A stretch of 64,000 nt of DNA. Origin: Negaprion brevirostris. Lineage: Eukaryota. Below, piece after piece: positions 25,037 through 37,025 of the stretch (position 1 is the first letter of the stretch; every line of letters starts with the position of its first letter). Made by a program: the position numbers and the translations under genes. The notes below the pieces were generated by a model, which saw only the letters and a list, made by a program, of their open reading frames with translations, was not told the origin of the DNA and ran no database searches. Location of the stretch: positions 39,954,423 through 40,018,422 of the forward strand of contig JARDVH010000106.1 in NCBI GenBank assembly GCA_030324005.1. Reading direction: 5' to 3'.

Positions 25037-26904
25037 CTGAAAAGGAAAAACCAAAAGTCAATAAAATATGTTCTTAAAACCTATTAATACCAACTAGCTA
25101 GCTTGGTAAACATTGAGTCTGGTATATATATATGAAAAGAATAGGTTGTTATTCACAACTAACGAATTGCCTTCTGGAAGTGGTATATTTTAAAAGTGAT
25201 TAATTTAACAAGATGACTGAAATGTTAATATTTTGCCACAATACCTGAGTAAATAATTGTGACATTTTGTAACAGCTTAGTAACACAGTATTGATTCAAT
25301 CCAAAACTACACTTTTAGTTAACCTGATTAGCAAATGAGTCTAAGGTGAAATACTCACTTTGACACGTCACTTGGTTTGTAAACAGAAATTTATTTAAAC
25401 GAGATGACTCACTGAATTAGGCACTGGTCTGTACAAATCCATTTCAAACTGAAAGGATGAAAGTTGTGTGTTTACTGGCTGTTAAGTATCATATATGAAA
25501 TGTGACTCAATCCCACTCCTGGGTGCATGAGGCTGCAGCATGCAGCTGTTCTCCAAACTGGTACTGATACCACCTGGATTAGAGACCACAGAATGGCTGG
25601 TGTGGGAAAAATGGGAAGAACATCACATAGTTCCCTAGGGGCTGTTCTTTGGTGATTACAGCTGAGGCAAGCTATTCAAATCAGGTAGAAGGAGAATTAT
25701 TCTACATTTGGTAGTGTGACATTGGACTGGGTTGAGTGCTTAAATGTTGGTACTTGGAAGCAGGGAGCCGACTTGCTGGGGTGGGTGGAGTAGGTGGGAA
25801 GTGCATGGGAGAAGCATGTTGTTGCTCTCTCTTGAATAAAACAATGCATGGGAAGTATAGCAAATTAGTTTGCAAGTGTGTGTCTGGTGCTGTAGTAAAA
25901 CTCTGTCAAGTGAATGGTGAATGCAGCTCCTTCCCTACGGCTGAGCATAAGAGTGAGGTTCTGAGTTTTATCCAGACTAAGGTGCTATTGGGAAGAGATG
26001 CTGTATTTTAGCCAGAGTGGAGAAGAGAAATGATAAGATGAGCCCATTGTTGTATACCTAAAATAAATTTAAAAGTACCGTGGGAAAGAGCCATCACTTT
26101 GTAGTTTGATTGAGAGGTTTAATGAGCAAGTTATAAAAAAAAAAATTGAGTTTTATTTTTCCAATGAAAGTAAGGGGGAGAAAGGTCAGTAGAATTCTAT
26201 TATTAACCAGAGTACATTAAAGTCAAGCTTTGTATGTAAAATAACATTTTCATGCCACAATGCTTGGCTTCTGAACACAATTGATGAGTCCCTGCTTTCT
26301 GCAGTGTCGAATGGCAAGAGCCTATATCCTCATTACACAAGCGCATAACCTCTGCCCCCTGAATGTTAACACTAAAGTTGAAGAAATTAATTACTTAGAG
26401 AGGCATGTTGAATTAGTAGGTATCACTGCCAGAGCTTTTGCTGTCTCTTTTCATGGAAAGAAATTGGAAAACCTTAACTTTTCAGAAATTGTGCTTTGAT
26501 GCATACTTCATTCACATAAGTTTTTAAAAAAGACACAATGGGAGGCCAAAATGCAAATAGATAACCTTGGCAGAGTTACCTTTTGGATTATAAATATTAA
26601 GTAATTTATTATCTTTTCTTGGCAATTGACAAATACTTCCCCAAACTGTTTATAAATGTTTTTGGATGTAAAGAGAGAGAAAAAGAGTTTTGGAAAAAAA
26701 ACCCCAAAGTATTGCTATTTTGTGGAAGAAGAGACAGTACTGAGAGGACAATCAGGATTAGCAAAGATTAGGATATGGGACCACAGCTAAAATGACTAAG
26801 TCAAGCAAGCTGCCCCGCTGATGAGGAAGCACAGTATGTTAATAATACATGAAGCTAAGTTATGCTAATTGAAATAAATGAGTTTCGTCATGTTAGTCTA
26901 TACG

Positions 26905-27945
26905 GTTTTTAAAAATTTGTTCACAAGCTGTGGACATCACTGGCTAAGCCAGCATTTAATGCCAATCCCTACTGGCCTGAGGAAGAGATGGTGTGTCACC
27001 TTCCTGAACCACTGCAGCCCATATATTTGAAGTCCACCCACAGTGCCAATTAGCAGGGAGCTCCATGACTTTAACACACCAACAGTGAAGGAACTGATAC
27101 AGTTCGATGTCAAGAGCTCATGGAGGCGAACTGATCCCATGTATCTGCTACCTTTATCCTTTAAAAGGTGGCAGGTCAGAAGTCAGGAAGAAGCTGACCA
27201 TCCTGACTTGGAAATGCATCGACACTCCTTCACTGTCATTGGATCAAAATCCTGGATTTCCCTAACAGCACTGTAGGTGTATCTACACCAGTTTTGCAGC
27301 AGTTCAAGGAGGCAGCTCACCACCATCAGGGCAACTAGGGATGGCTAATAAATGCCAACCTAGCCTGTGATGCCCACATCCTGTAAATTAATTTTAAAAT
27401 AACTCAGAAGTGGATTGTATTCCACCACACTCCTGACTTGTGCCTTATAAATGATGGGCAGGCCTAGGCAATACAGGATGCGAGTTACTCTCTACTTCCC
27501 AACCTCTGACTTGCACTTGTAGCCAGGATCTATTCCAGCAGGTGACTGGTGTGGTTTCTGGTCAGTGGTAATCCCCAGGATGTTGACAGTTAGGGATTCA
27601 GCGATGGTACATTATTGTCCAGGGGAGATGGTTAGTTTCAGTCTTGTTGCCTGATGCTTGTGGGGTGTGTACTTTACTTGCCACTTATCGGTCGAGCCTG
27701 AATATTGCCCAAGTCTTGCTACATATGGAAACAGACTTCTTTAGTACCTGGGAAGTCATGAATGGTGAACATTGTACAACAAATATCCCCACCTCCAACC
27801 TAATGAAGGGAAGGTCACTGATGAAGCAGCTGAAAATGGTTGGGCTTAGGACACTACCCTGAGGAACTCCTGCATGTTCTGGGACTGAGATGATTGTCCT
27901 TCAACAACCAGAACCATCTTGCTACGTGTTAGATAAAATTCTGAT
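26905..27945. mobile_element. LINE family B fragments (inverted pair of 3' ends, 26905-27400, plus a minus fragment)
   Basis: Tail motif on the minus strand at 26905 and on the plus strand ending ~27400; an RT-region fragment follows. Confidence 0.7.
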
Positions 27946-28879
27946 CAAAGGAAGGTGGTCAATGTGATTGAAATGGAGTAGGCTGTTGATTTTCATCTTA
28001 CCAAGTAATTGCTAGAGGCACCTTTGAAGAAATTGCATATACGTTAAAGATACAAAATGGTGAATATATGTCTTCATTGCCTGTTTGAAAATCTAGTGGA
28101 GCAGACCATTTGCTCATTATTGAATTTGATGTTTCCAAACTACATAAGTTGGTTGTTGGCCTTTATAAAGGACAACCCTAAATTTAAGATGCTAAGAGTG
28201 CTTATAGGAGTGGCTATCTGGAGAGAATTCCAAGTCAAGATTCTTCCCTTGTAATAATTGGATACACCATCTTCAGCTTTATTTAAAGTTAAGAAAATAT
28301 TTTGTATTGGAACTCTGTTTCCCAATTTTTCCGATTAGCATTCAAGTCTAACCTTATTGTTCTTTTTCATTCCTATCCTTTTAGGTTTTTATGAATGCTG
28401 TAATATGCCACGCATTAAATGTAACCTAGGATTCCATGAATACTAATCAAGAGACAAAGAATCTGATAATATTGTAATCCAAATCTTTAATGATTTCCTC
28501 TGCACCATTCTTTCCCCTCATTCCAGAACTATTAATTTTAGGTAATGTAATGTTCAGAACGCAGAGCCTACAGCATGGTGAATAAATGTATCTGTGGCTA
28601 CCCTTTCATCCCAAGTCCATGAAGGCAGTGTTGGCAATTTCCTCTCATCCCTCCGCCCTTCATGTGCTGCCTCCATGTATATGCAGCATTCATCCGAGAA
28701 CAGGGTAATGGGGATCATGTACAGAGGAATGTGACAAATGTGTGTCACCAACATGCCCAGGACACTGGCCAATCTACATGAACCACCACCACTGAGGAAC
28801 CTTGTACTGGCATACCCAGTGCTTGTTAGTTGCCACTTGGTAACTCAGCAACATTTTGATATGGCAATATTAAAAATGA

Positions 28880-29150
28880 TCATTTAACACAAATAGCATC
28901 TCATAAGATATTTCCAAAATGCTTCATAACCAACAGATTATATTTTAAGTGTAGAACCCAATACTATGTAGTCAAAGGGGACAATTACACACAGCATGGT
29001 TCCACCAACAACAGAGTTGAAAGACCAAGAATCAGCTTTTTGGTACTTGTGGTTTTGAAGAGAGGAATGTTGGCCAGTACAGAATGGAAGGTCATGAAGC
29101 TACTAGGGCTTTTAGAAAGCAAACAGTTAGAAAAGTATATTCCCTCAAAT
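28880..29150 (-). mobile_element. DeuSINE (SacSINE1-like) decayed copy
   Basis: Similar to the copies at 50090-50495 and 62795-62985. Confidence 0.5.
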
Positions 29151-31529
29151 GGTGAGCCACACAAACATACAGTCAACACAATCAATGTGCTTTGAAAGAC
29201 AACTGACGATATAACCATTTGTTTGTTTACTTATTGTGGCAGGCCAGCAAATTTCTTCCTTGCCTACCCTCAGGTTGAGGCCACAGATCTGACCACACAC
29301 CACACACTGCCATATTATTTGATAATGAACTGGCACTACACTTTATTGTCCCCTCCTCCAGAGCCATCCTTCATTGCCAGATTTCCTCAGCACTGTTCTA
29401 CAATAGTCCTGTCTCCTCCTTCCAAAAGAATTGCAGCAGAAGTTGCTGTCATTAGATATCCTGCTCTTGACCTCTAGACACCACTTGTTAGAAGTGTAGA
29501 AACTATTGACTTAGGCTAGACTTGCACTTTAATGTTAGGTTAACTATCCCACAGAATGCTTATTGCATCTTTGGTCCTATTGTGGCACTGTCAGGCAGAG
29601 TGTCCAAAGCAGGCACAAATATACTTTCATTCTGCAATAAAAAACAATGCTGGCATTGATTATATGCTGGCATTGATTATATGCTTCTGCACATAGATTT
29701 TATACAATGTATCACAGGCTGACTACACACTATACAACAGGTACAACCTAGCATATAGGCGTGTTAACTAAAAACTTCATACCAGCTGCATTTTAAAGTG
29801 CTCGTCAAAAATCAAATATGCTATGAAACAGAAGTAAGCATTAAGAGTAAGCATTAAATGAAATAGATCTGTACTTTGACACTTATCTCCAGATTAAACA
29901 TTCTGGTGCTAGTTGTTTTAAATATTGCACATCAATAACATTTACATCACTGGAATTATTTGTCAATTATCCATTTTATTTTTTTACAGCCATCAGTTAC
30001 ACAAAAAGTGATGGAATAAGCTTTCCAGTTACCCAATTTAATCTCCTAATGTCCTCCTACTTCTAGTTGTGAAAAAGGTGTTTTGTTCTTTACAAAAGTA
30101 ACTGCAGACATGACTCATTCTCATCCACCCCCACCTGCTGCTAACTACACACAAAATAAGGTGCACCTTATTTGCTTTTCATGACACATGATTTGAACGT
30201 GAGAATTGTATCTAATAGAGAGCAGTTAAATCCTCCCGGGTTTTATGTTAAGGCAAGTGATGATTTTATCCATACTAAATTTAATGTTCTGTACCATCTG
30301 TTACCAACCATAATGTTTTTGTATCAGTATCCAAAACAGACCATGGAGCTACCATTTCCCCATATTTTTGTATAATTTCCCTATAACTTAAAAACAGTGC
30401 TATCCTCAATGCACATCTACCTGTGAGCATCCAGTTTTTTTAAACCAAGGTGTAACTGTAATATTTATAATTCACGATTCACTCCAATACTGTTTCTCTA
30501 GAGGGAGTCCCAAATCAATCCCTATACATTTTTTAAAAGCTTGCTGAATTTCTTTGCATTCAGTTTTTTTTCCCTCAATGTTTGTTATCGCTCATTTTTC
30601 TGGCTGCCTTTAATATTGCCCTTTTATTCCTTTATTTTGCTATTTGTTTCAGCAATTTTCCTGCTATATCATTTGTGCTTCCATTCCTTGTCATTTAATT
30701 CCCATTGCCCTGCTACTCTAGATCGACAGTTGTGAAAAATCGACCATTGACATTATTTGAAAAAAAAAATCTATGTCTCAAAATTGAGCCATGCAGAAGC
30801 CATTGGATTAGAACAAATCAGAGAAATACTTTACCCGTACCTGAAGCAGGCATTAGCCCATTGCATATGAAAATGCAAAAGATAATCTGTTCAATACATA
30901 AGCAGGCCATTTGGCACAGCTGATCTGTTCCAGTGTTAATGCTTCAAAGCAGACTTAAATTTAAAGAGGTGGCTAGATATAGCACTTGGGGTGAATGGGA
31001 TCAAAGGTTATGGGGAGAAAGTAGGATTAGGCAATTGATTTGGACAGTCAGCCATGTTCATGAATGGCGGAGCAAGCTCAAAAGGGCCAAATGGCCTCCT
31101 CCTGCTCCTATCTTCATCCAACTTTATCTGTACCTCATTTTCTTCCTCTCTCCCTCACCTAATAGTCTAGCTTCCCTTTCAAGGCATGCAATTTGTCTCA
31201 AATAATCCATGTGATAGCAGGTTCCACATTCTAACTGTTCTCTGGGTGAGGAAGTTTCTCCTAAATTTCTTGCGACTTTAATAGTGGTTGTCTCACATTT
31301 ATGGCCCCTAGTTTTAGGCCAAGGATGTGCCTTATGACTCACAACTTTCCTCCATGCTTTCACAATGCAGTTCAACATCATGCTTGTGCTACAGCAATAA
31401 AATCTGAAATCAATACTAACCATGCATGCTCTCAGCAAGCCAATACTTTGATCATGACTTCCTCTAATTGTATTCTATTGTTTTGACAATGTAATTTAAC
31501 TGTGTTGTACATGTAGAGTATTAAATTAA

Positions 31530-32117
31530 AAGCTGATGTGTTCAGAGTGGCTAAAAATAGTGGGCAATTAGAAGATTGGGAAAGATTTAAAAATCAACAA
31601 AGAACGGCTACGGTGGTGATAAAGAAAGGAAAGATAGACAGACTATGAAGCTAAACTAGCACTAAATATAAAAAATGACAGTAAAAGTTTTTACAAATAC
31701 ATAAAGAGGAAGAGGCTGGCTAGAGTGAATGTTGGACCCTTGGAGGATGAGAGGGGGGGATTTAGTGGTGGGTGATGAGGAAATGGCTGAGGCTTTAAAT
31801 AAGTTTTTTGCCTCGGTCTTCACGGAGGAGGACACTAATAGTTTGCCAGATATTAAAGATAGAAGGATGGTAGGGGTTGAGGGCCTAAATGCAATTACTG
31901 TCACTAGAGAGGTAGTGCTTGATAGACTAATGGGACTGAAGGTGGACAAGTCCCCAGGACCAGATGGAATNNNNNNNNNNNNNNNNNNNNNNNNNNNNNN
32001 NNNNNNNNNNNNNNNNNNNNNNNNNNNNNNNNNNNNNNNNNNNNNNNNNNNNNNNNNNNNNNNNNNNNNNAGGGCTAGATGGCCTACTCCTGCTCCTATT
32101 TCTATGTTATGTTCTTA
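31530..32117 (+). mobile_element. Young CR1 insertion with internal N gap
   Basis: EMAEALNKFFASVFTEED...KSPGPDG, then the 3' end after the gap. Confidence 0.9.
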
Positions 32118-32119
32118 CC

Positions 32120-33500
32120 TGCCTAGCATAAAGGAAGATGCTTATGGTTTTTGAAGGCCAATCATCTCAGCACCAGAAGAGTGCTGTGGGAGTTCCTCAG
32201 GGCAGTGTGCTGGTCCTAACCATTTCATCTGTTTTATTAATGACCTTTCCTCCTCAATGCATTTATTCACTGATGATTGGAAAATGTTCAGTTCCATTCA
32301 CAACTCCTCTGATACTGAAGCAGTGGATGCCTGCACATGGCAGGAATTGGACAACATGCAGGTTAGGGTTGATATGTAGTGTGAATGTTATTTGTTAACT
32401 AAGTATCAGGTAATGACCATCTCCACAAAGAGATTAGACTAACCACATAAAATGTCCCTAGCATCAACATGAAGGAGAATAACTCAAAGTTGGACTTAAA
32501 AGTGAACTTGGCTTCTCTTTTCACGGATGCGGTGGCACTTTTCCAGCATTTTCTGTTTTTATATCAACTTCCGCAGGTGGAGGTCCACCTCGTTGTCAAA
32601 CGAGGGGCATGCACACGGTGGGTCNNNNNNNNNNNNNNNNNNNNNNNNNNNNNNNNNNNNNNNNNNNNNNNNNNNNNNNNNNNNNNNNNNNNNNNNNNNN
32701 NNNNNNNNNNNNNNNNNNNNNNNNAAATTGACACTATTCTCCCCTGAATCTGGCTAAGGAAGGGGTTCCATTCGTAGACACGCAGGGTAGAATAGGTGTA
32801 GTGTGATGGCGGCGCGGGCTCGTTGGGCCGAAGGGCCTGTTTCCCGTGCTGGGTTGTTCTTTGTTCTTGGAATTGATCATGAGTCATAAACTTAACAGTA
32901 CCAATTATATGAATATTTTGGATGTATACAGTCAGGGGCTAAGTGAATTGCAACAAGTGACACACCTCCAAAGTCTTTCCATTGTCTGCAATGCACAAAT
33001 CAGGAGTGCCAATGAAATGCTCTCCACTTGTCTGGATGAATGCAACTCCAACAATACTCCAAAAGCTTGACACCAGTGCAGCCTGCTTTATTGGTACCTC
33101 ACTTAGCAATGTAAACATTCACTCTGTCCAGCACTAATGAATGCGCTTTGGCTGCACGGAGAATCATCTAAAAAAGGTGCACAGCAGCAGTTTGCCAAAG
33201 CTCTATCTAGAATCTGTAGCATCCTCCAAATCCCTGACATCTATCAGCTTGAAGGATATGGGGAGATGCCAGGGAGCATCACCATTTGCAAGTCCTACAA
33301 AGACGAGCACCTTCTTGATTTGGAAATATATCGCCATTCTTTTATTGTCACTGCGTCAAAATCATCAAACTTTCTCCCTAACAGCACTGTGGCATACTTA
33401 CATGATACAGAATGCAGGAGTTCAAGAAAAAAGCTCAGTTTCACAGAGGCAAAAATACTGCCTTGCCTATGATGCTTAACTCCCATGAACAAATTAAAAG
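32120..33500 (+). mobile_element. LINE family B, interrupted by a younger insertion (~32570-32868)
   Basis: SAVGVPQGSVL and a 3' tail at ~33500. Confidence 0.75.
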
Positions 33501-34700
33501 AAATCCATTGGACAAATAGGACAGGTTCCTTGTCCGAGTTCTGTTCAATAAATTAAGAACCAATCTTATGCACATTACCATGCCATTACAAGAGAATGAA
33601 TGCAGGAATATAGGAGTGAACTCCACCGTACATCCTAAATTCTATTCAGAAATAAAAAGCTGCTTCAGTTTGGTACTGTTGTTTCTAAAACAATTGAGTT
33701 TTTAAATTGAACCCTGACTGCTATTCAGATTTAATCTTGTGCTCCTGCACAGGGCAGCACAGTGGCACAGTGGTTAGCATGCAGCCTCATAGCTCCAGGA
33801 GACCTGGATTCGAATCACTGTCATAAGTAAGAACATAAGAAATAGGAGTGGGAGTAGGCCATCTAGCCCTTTTAGCCTGCCCCGCCATTCAATAAGATCA
33901 TGGCTGATCTGAAGTGGATCAGTTCCACTTTCCTGCTTTTTCCCCATACCCCTTAATTCCCTTGTCTGTCAAAAACCTATCTACCCGTGACTTAAATATA
34001 TTTAGCGAGGTAGCCTCCACCACTTNNNNNNNNNNNNNNNNNNNNNNNNNNNNNNNNNNNNNNNNNNNNNNNNNNNNNNNNNNNNNNNNNNNNNNNNNNN
34101 NNNNNNNNNNNNNNNNNNNNNNNNNNNNNNNNNNNNNNNNNNNNNNNNNNNNNNNNNNNNNNNNNNNNNNNNNNNNNNNNNNNNNNNNNNNNNNNNNNNN
34201 NNNNNNNNNNNNNNNNNNNNNNNNNNNNNNNNNNNNNNNNNNNNNNNNNNNNNNNNNNNNNNNNNNNNNNNNNNNNNNNNNNNNNNNNNNNNNNNNNNNN
34301 NNNNNNNNNNNNNNNNNNNNNNNNNNNNNNNNNNNNNNNNNNNNNNNNAACTTGATGCAACATATCAAAGTTTTAAAAGGGGCCATTGGCACCAGTCGAA
34401 CTAAATTCAGGAAGGAGAGTTAACTTGATATCCATTTAGATGAAACTTCAAGTGTATAAGAACTGGAACATAAGTAATCAGGTATAATTTCAAGAGCCAC
34501 AATAAACACTTACTCAACATTTCTCCTGTTAATATCAAAATAATGGTTATATGGAGACTAACATGTATTTGAATTGGGCTTATACAAAATAAATTAGGCC
34601 CAATGGCTTCACAGGCCAAATTAGCATTTGTGGGTTAACAACCATTTGTATGTCTAAATCAAGACCAACACGCTCTTTTTGAATAAGAAAAATAAAAAGG
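33500..34700 (+). pseudogene. Paramyxovirus-like L gene relic R7 (CR IV-V fragment), split by SINE/CR1 and an N gap
   Basis: 34349-34560 is clearly homologous at nucleotide level to 38052-38270 inside relic R8. It also shows IGVNST and P..SDL (cf. DPVTS.IADL). Confidence 0.6.
33752..34025. mobile_element. HE1 SINE head (+) interrupted by a CR1 3' end (-)
   Basis: gggcagcacagtggcacagtggttagc head, then a cataagaa tail and VVEATSLNIFK on the minus strand. Confidence 0.8.
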
Positions 34701-34944
34701 CATATAAAGTTAATGATATATTTTGCCCAACCTCCAAAGTGTGTTAAATCTCCTCTTACCCCAGTTCCTGTTGTGACTGACTTTATTTCTCTCTTGGTTC
34801 ACTGTTCATTAGCCAGATCCCTTTTCACACTCCCCTCCCCTATAATCCTTCGTGTCCTCCCTCAAATTGTCCCATGGTCTTTTTTTGACCTTATCAGTCT
34901 TATTAGCATGACACTGTTTTTGCCCTTTCCATTTCAGAATTGAC

Positions 34945-35148
34945 ACAAGTTAAAGTCCAACAGGTTTATTTGATGTCACGAGCTTTGAGCACTGCTCCTT
35001 CATCAGGTGAGTGGAATGGAACACTTCTCTCACCTGATTAAGGAGCAGCACTCCAAAATCTTGTGATATCAAATAAGACTGTTAAAATTTAATTTGGTGT
35101 TGGGACTTCTTACTGTGCCAGTCTAACACCGGTATCTCCACATCATGG
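34945..35148. mobile_element. Penelope-like inverted terminal-repeat hairpin
   Basis: Arms ...gctccttcatcaggtgag and ctcacctgattaaggagcagc... are reverse complements; decayed CTGATGA...GAAA hammerhead cores. Confidence 0.7.
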
Positions 35149-35584
35149 TTTTGGAATTTGATATTATGCTAAAATAATTGGAAATTTGAAATAGTTTAAA
35201 ACAATGTAGGAGGTATATAATTGCTTATTCATATTCCTCAAATGTTGTGTACATGAAAATAAGGGTGCATGTCAAGAAATGAGCATTCACCTCAGATAAG
35301 TTATACCAAACCTTATTAAATGACAAGTTGTAAAAAAAGCTTACATGCAAGGGATTACTTNNNNNNNNNNNNNNNNNNNNNNNNNNNNNNNNNNNNNNNN
35401 NNNNNNNNNNNNNNNNNNNNNNNNNNNNNNNNNNNNNNNNNNNNNNNNNNNNNNNNNNNNAAAGCTTACATGCAAGGGATTACTTGATTTCAGAGCACAT
35501 TTACATTGAACTAAACGTCCAAAGATATGGAATAGAAACAAAAATTGAGAAAAATCAGCACCAGCTCACAGAACAAGAAACTTG

Positions 35585-35888
35585 TGGCATTGTGGCAAAG
35601 TGGTTAGCACTGCTGCCTCACAGCACCAGGGACTTGGGTTCAATTTTGCCTCAGGTCATTGTCTGTGTGGAGCTTGCATGTTCTCCCAGGGTTTGTGTGG
35701 GTTTCTTCTGGTTTCCTCCCACACTCCAAAGATGTGAGTGTTAGGTTAATTGGCCATGTTAAATTGCTCCTTAGTGTCCGGGGTAGTTAGCATGCCAAAT
35801 ACCTAGGGCTAAGGGTAAGTGGGATTGTTGTCAGTGTGGGCTCGATGGGCCAAATGGCCTTCTTTTGCATTGTACAGGTTCCATGATT
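35585..35888 (+). mobile_element. HE1 V-SINE
   Basis: Full tRNA head, V-domain and HER1-like tail. Confidence 0.9.
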
Positions 35889-36830
35889 AAGGAGGAGGGG
35901 GAGGTAGAAGGGTCTAGATGTTTAAGGAGGGAACGCCAAAGCTTAGGACCTCGACAGCCTAAGGCACGGCAGCTAAGGGTGGCTGGAAATGATTTAAGTG
36001 TGCAATTGGTCAGAATTGGAACACAGGTTGAAGAAAGGAGGTTAAGAGCTGGGTCAGTAGTTTGCAAGAACAGTGCTTTCAAGGTTTTTGTTGGAACAAC
36101 CTTTTAACTGATGTTATTTAGGTCAGCACCGCCTACTTAGGATAGGCCTTTACATCATATGTTTATTGCACTTCTTTGGCAAACACTGAAGTGAAATGAA
36201 ACACATTTAATTGAGGAAGGTTTAAAATTGTCACAACACAGCTTGAGAGATATCTGCTGCTGAAGTATTTGGCCATTCTCCTTTCCAACAACCAAGCTAA
36301 AGGTGCGAAATGGTGATAGGTTTTGCTTGGTTAAAAATCAAATAAAAATGTAAATATATTTGTGAATTCAGTTCACTCGTTCAGGACATGTGTACAAAGC
36401 CAAACCATTGTGTGGTGGTTATCATATTTGTGCAGGAAACAAATTCTGTGAAATATGTTACTCACTCCAGGAAAAATGGTTTGATAAACTTGGAAAAATT
36501 AAATTGGACTTGTACCAACTCATGAAACTGACACTAGTGTTACATTTGCAAATAAAGTCATTCTGACTAGATGGCAAAATACCAAGAGCCCTTGGGAGCA
36601 CAGCAAATGGGAACAGTTTAGAGGTAAACCCCCAAGTTCAATTTTCAGAAGTTTTAACTGAATGTACAATGAATTGCACAAAATGTCTATTATCAGTTTA
36701 AGAGCTTCACATTTAGTGGATAAAATCCTCAACAGCTTGTTTTTCACTGCTATAAAGGAAACGTACCATTTGTTTGCAATTGAATCTGAACTTCTGGGAC
36801 CCAAAGGAAGAGCGAGCTGCGTACCGGTCT

Positions 36831-37025
36831 AACATAAGAACATAAGAAATNNNNNNNNNNNNNNNNNNNNNNNNNNNNNNNNNNNNNNNNNNNNNNNNNN
36901 NNNNNNNNNNNNNNNNNNNNNNNNNNNNNNNNNNNNNNNNNNNNNNNNNNGGCACTCCACTAGTCACCAACCGCCAATCCGAATAGCACCCATTAACCCC
37001 CACTCTCTGCCTCCTATTTGACAAC
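36831..37025 (-). mobile_element. Young CR1 insertion with N gap
   Basis: WLSNRRQRVGVNG.YSDWRLVTSGV and a (ttcttatg)n tail. Confidence 0.85.

Larger units (their letters stand above)
25500..30500 (+). pseudogene. Paramyxovirus-like L gene relic R6
   Basis: KLCQVNG and SFIQT (ORF 25736; cf. GKL.KENG, AFITTD), IERF (motif B GIEGF), MPQCL.SE-TIDES.SAVSN (26252-26312; cf. LPQCLK...SETLVDENRSACSN), LAFIK.....MLR..GVAIW (28156-28221; CR V), NAGI, NPP. Confidence 0.75.

Noticed and set aside
26905-27400. Inverted LINE 3' ends as a functional hairpin or twin-priming product
   Set aside because: The arms are strongly diverged and duplicate the same 3' end, which fits two independent old insertions.
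35336-35485. Exact 25-bp direct repeat flanking a 100-N gap
   Set aside because: Most likely overlapping contig ends (scaffolding artefact). A TSD of an unassembled insertion cannot be shown from the sequence.
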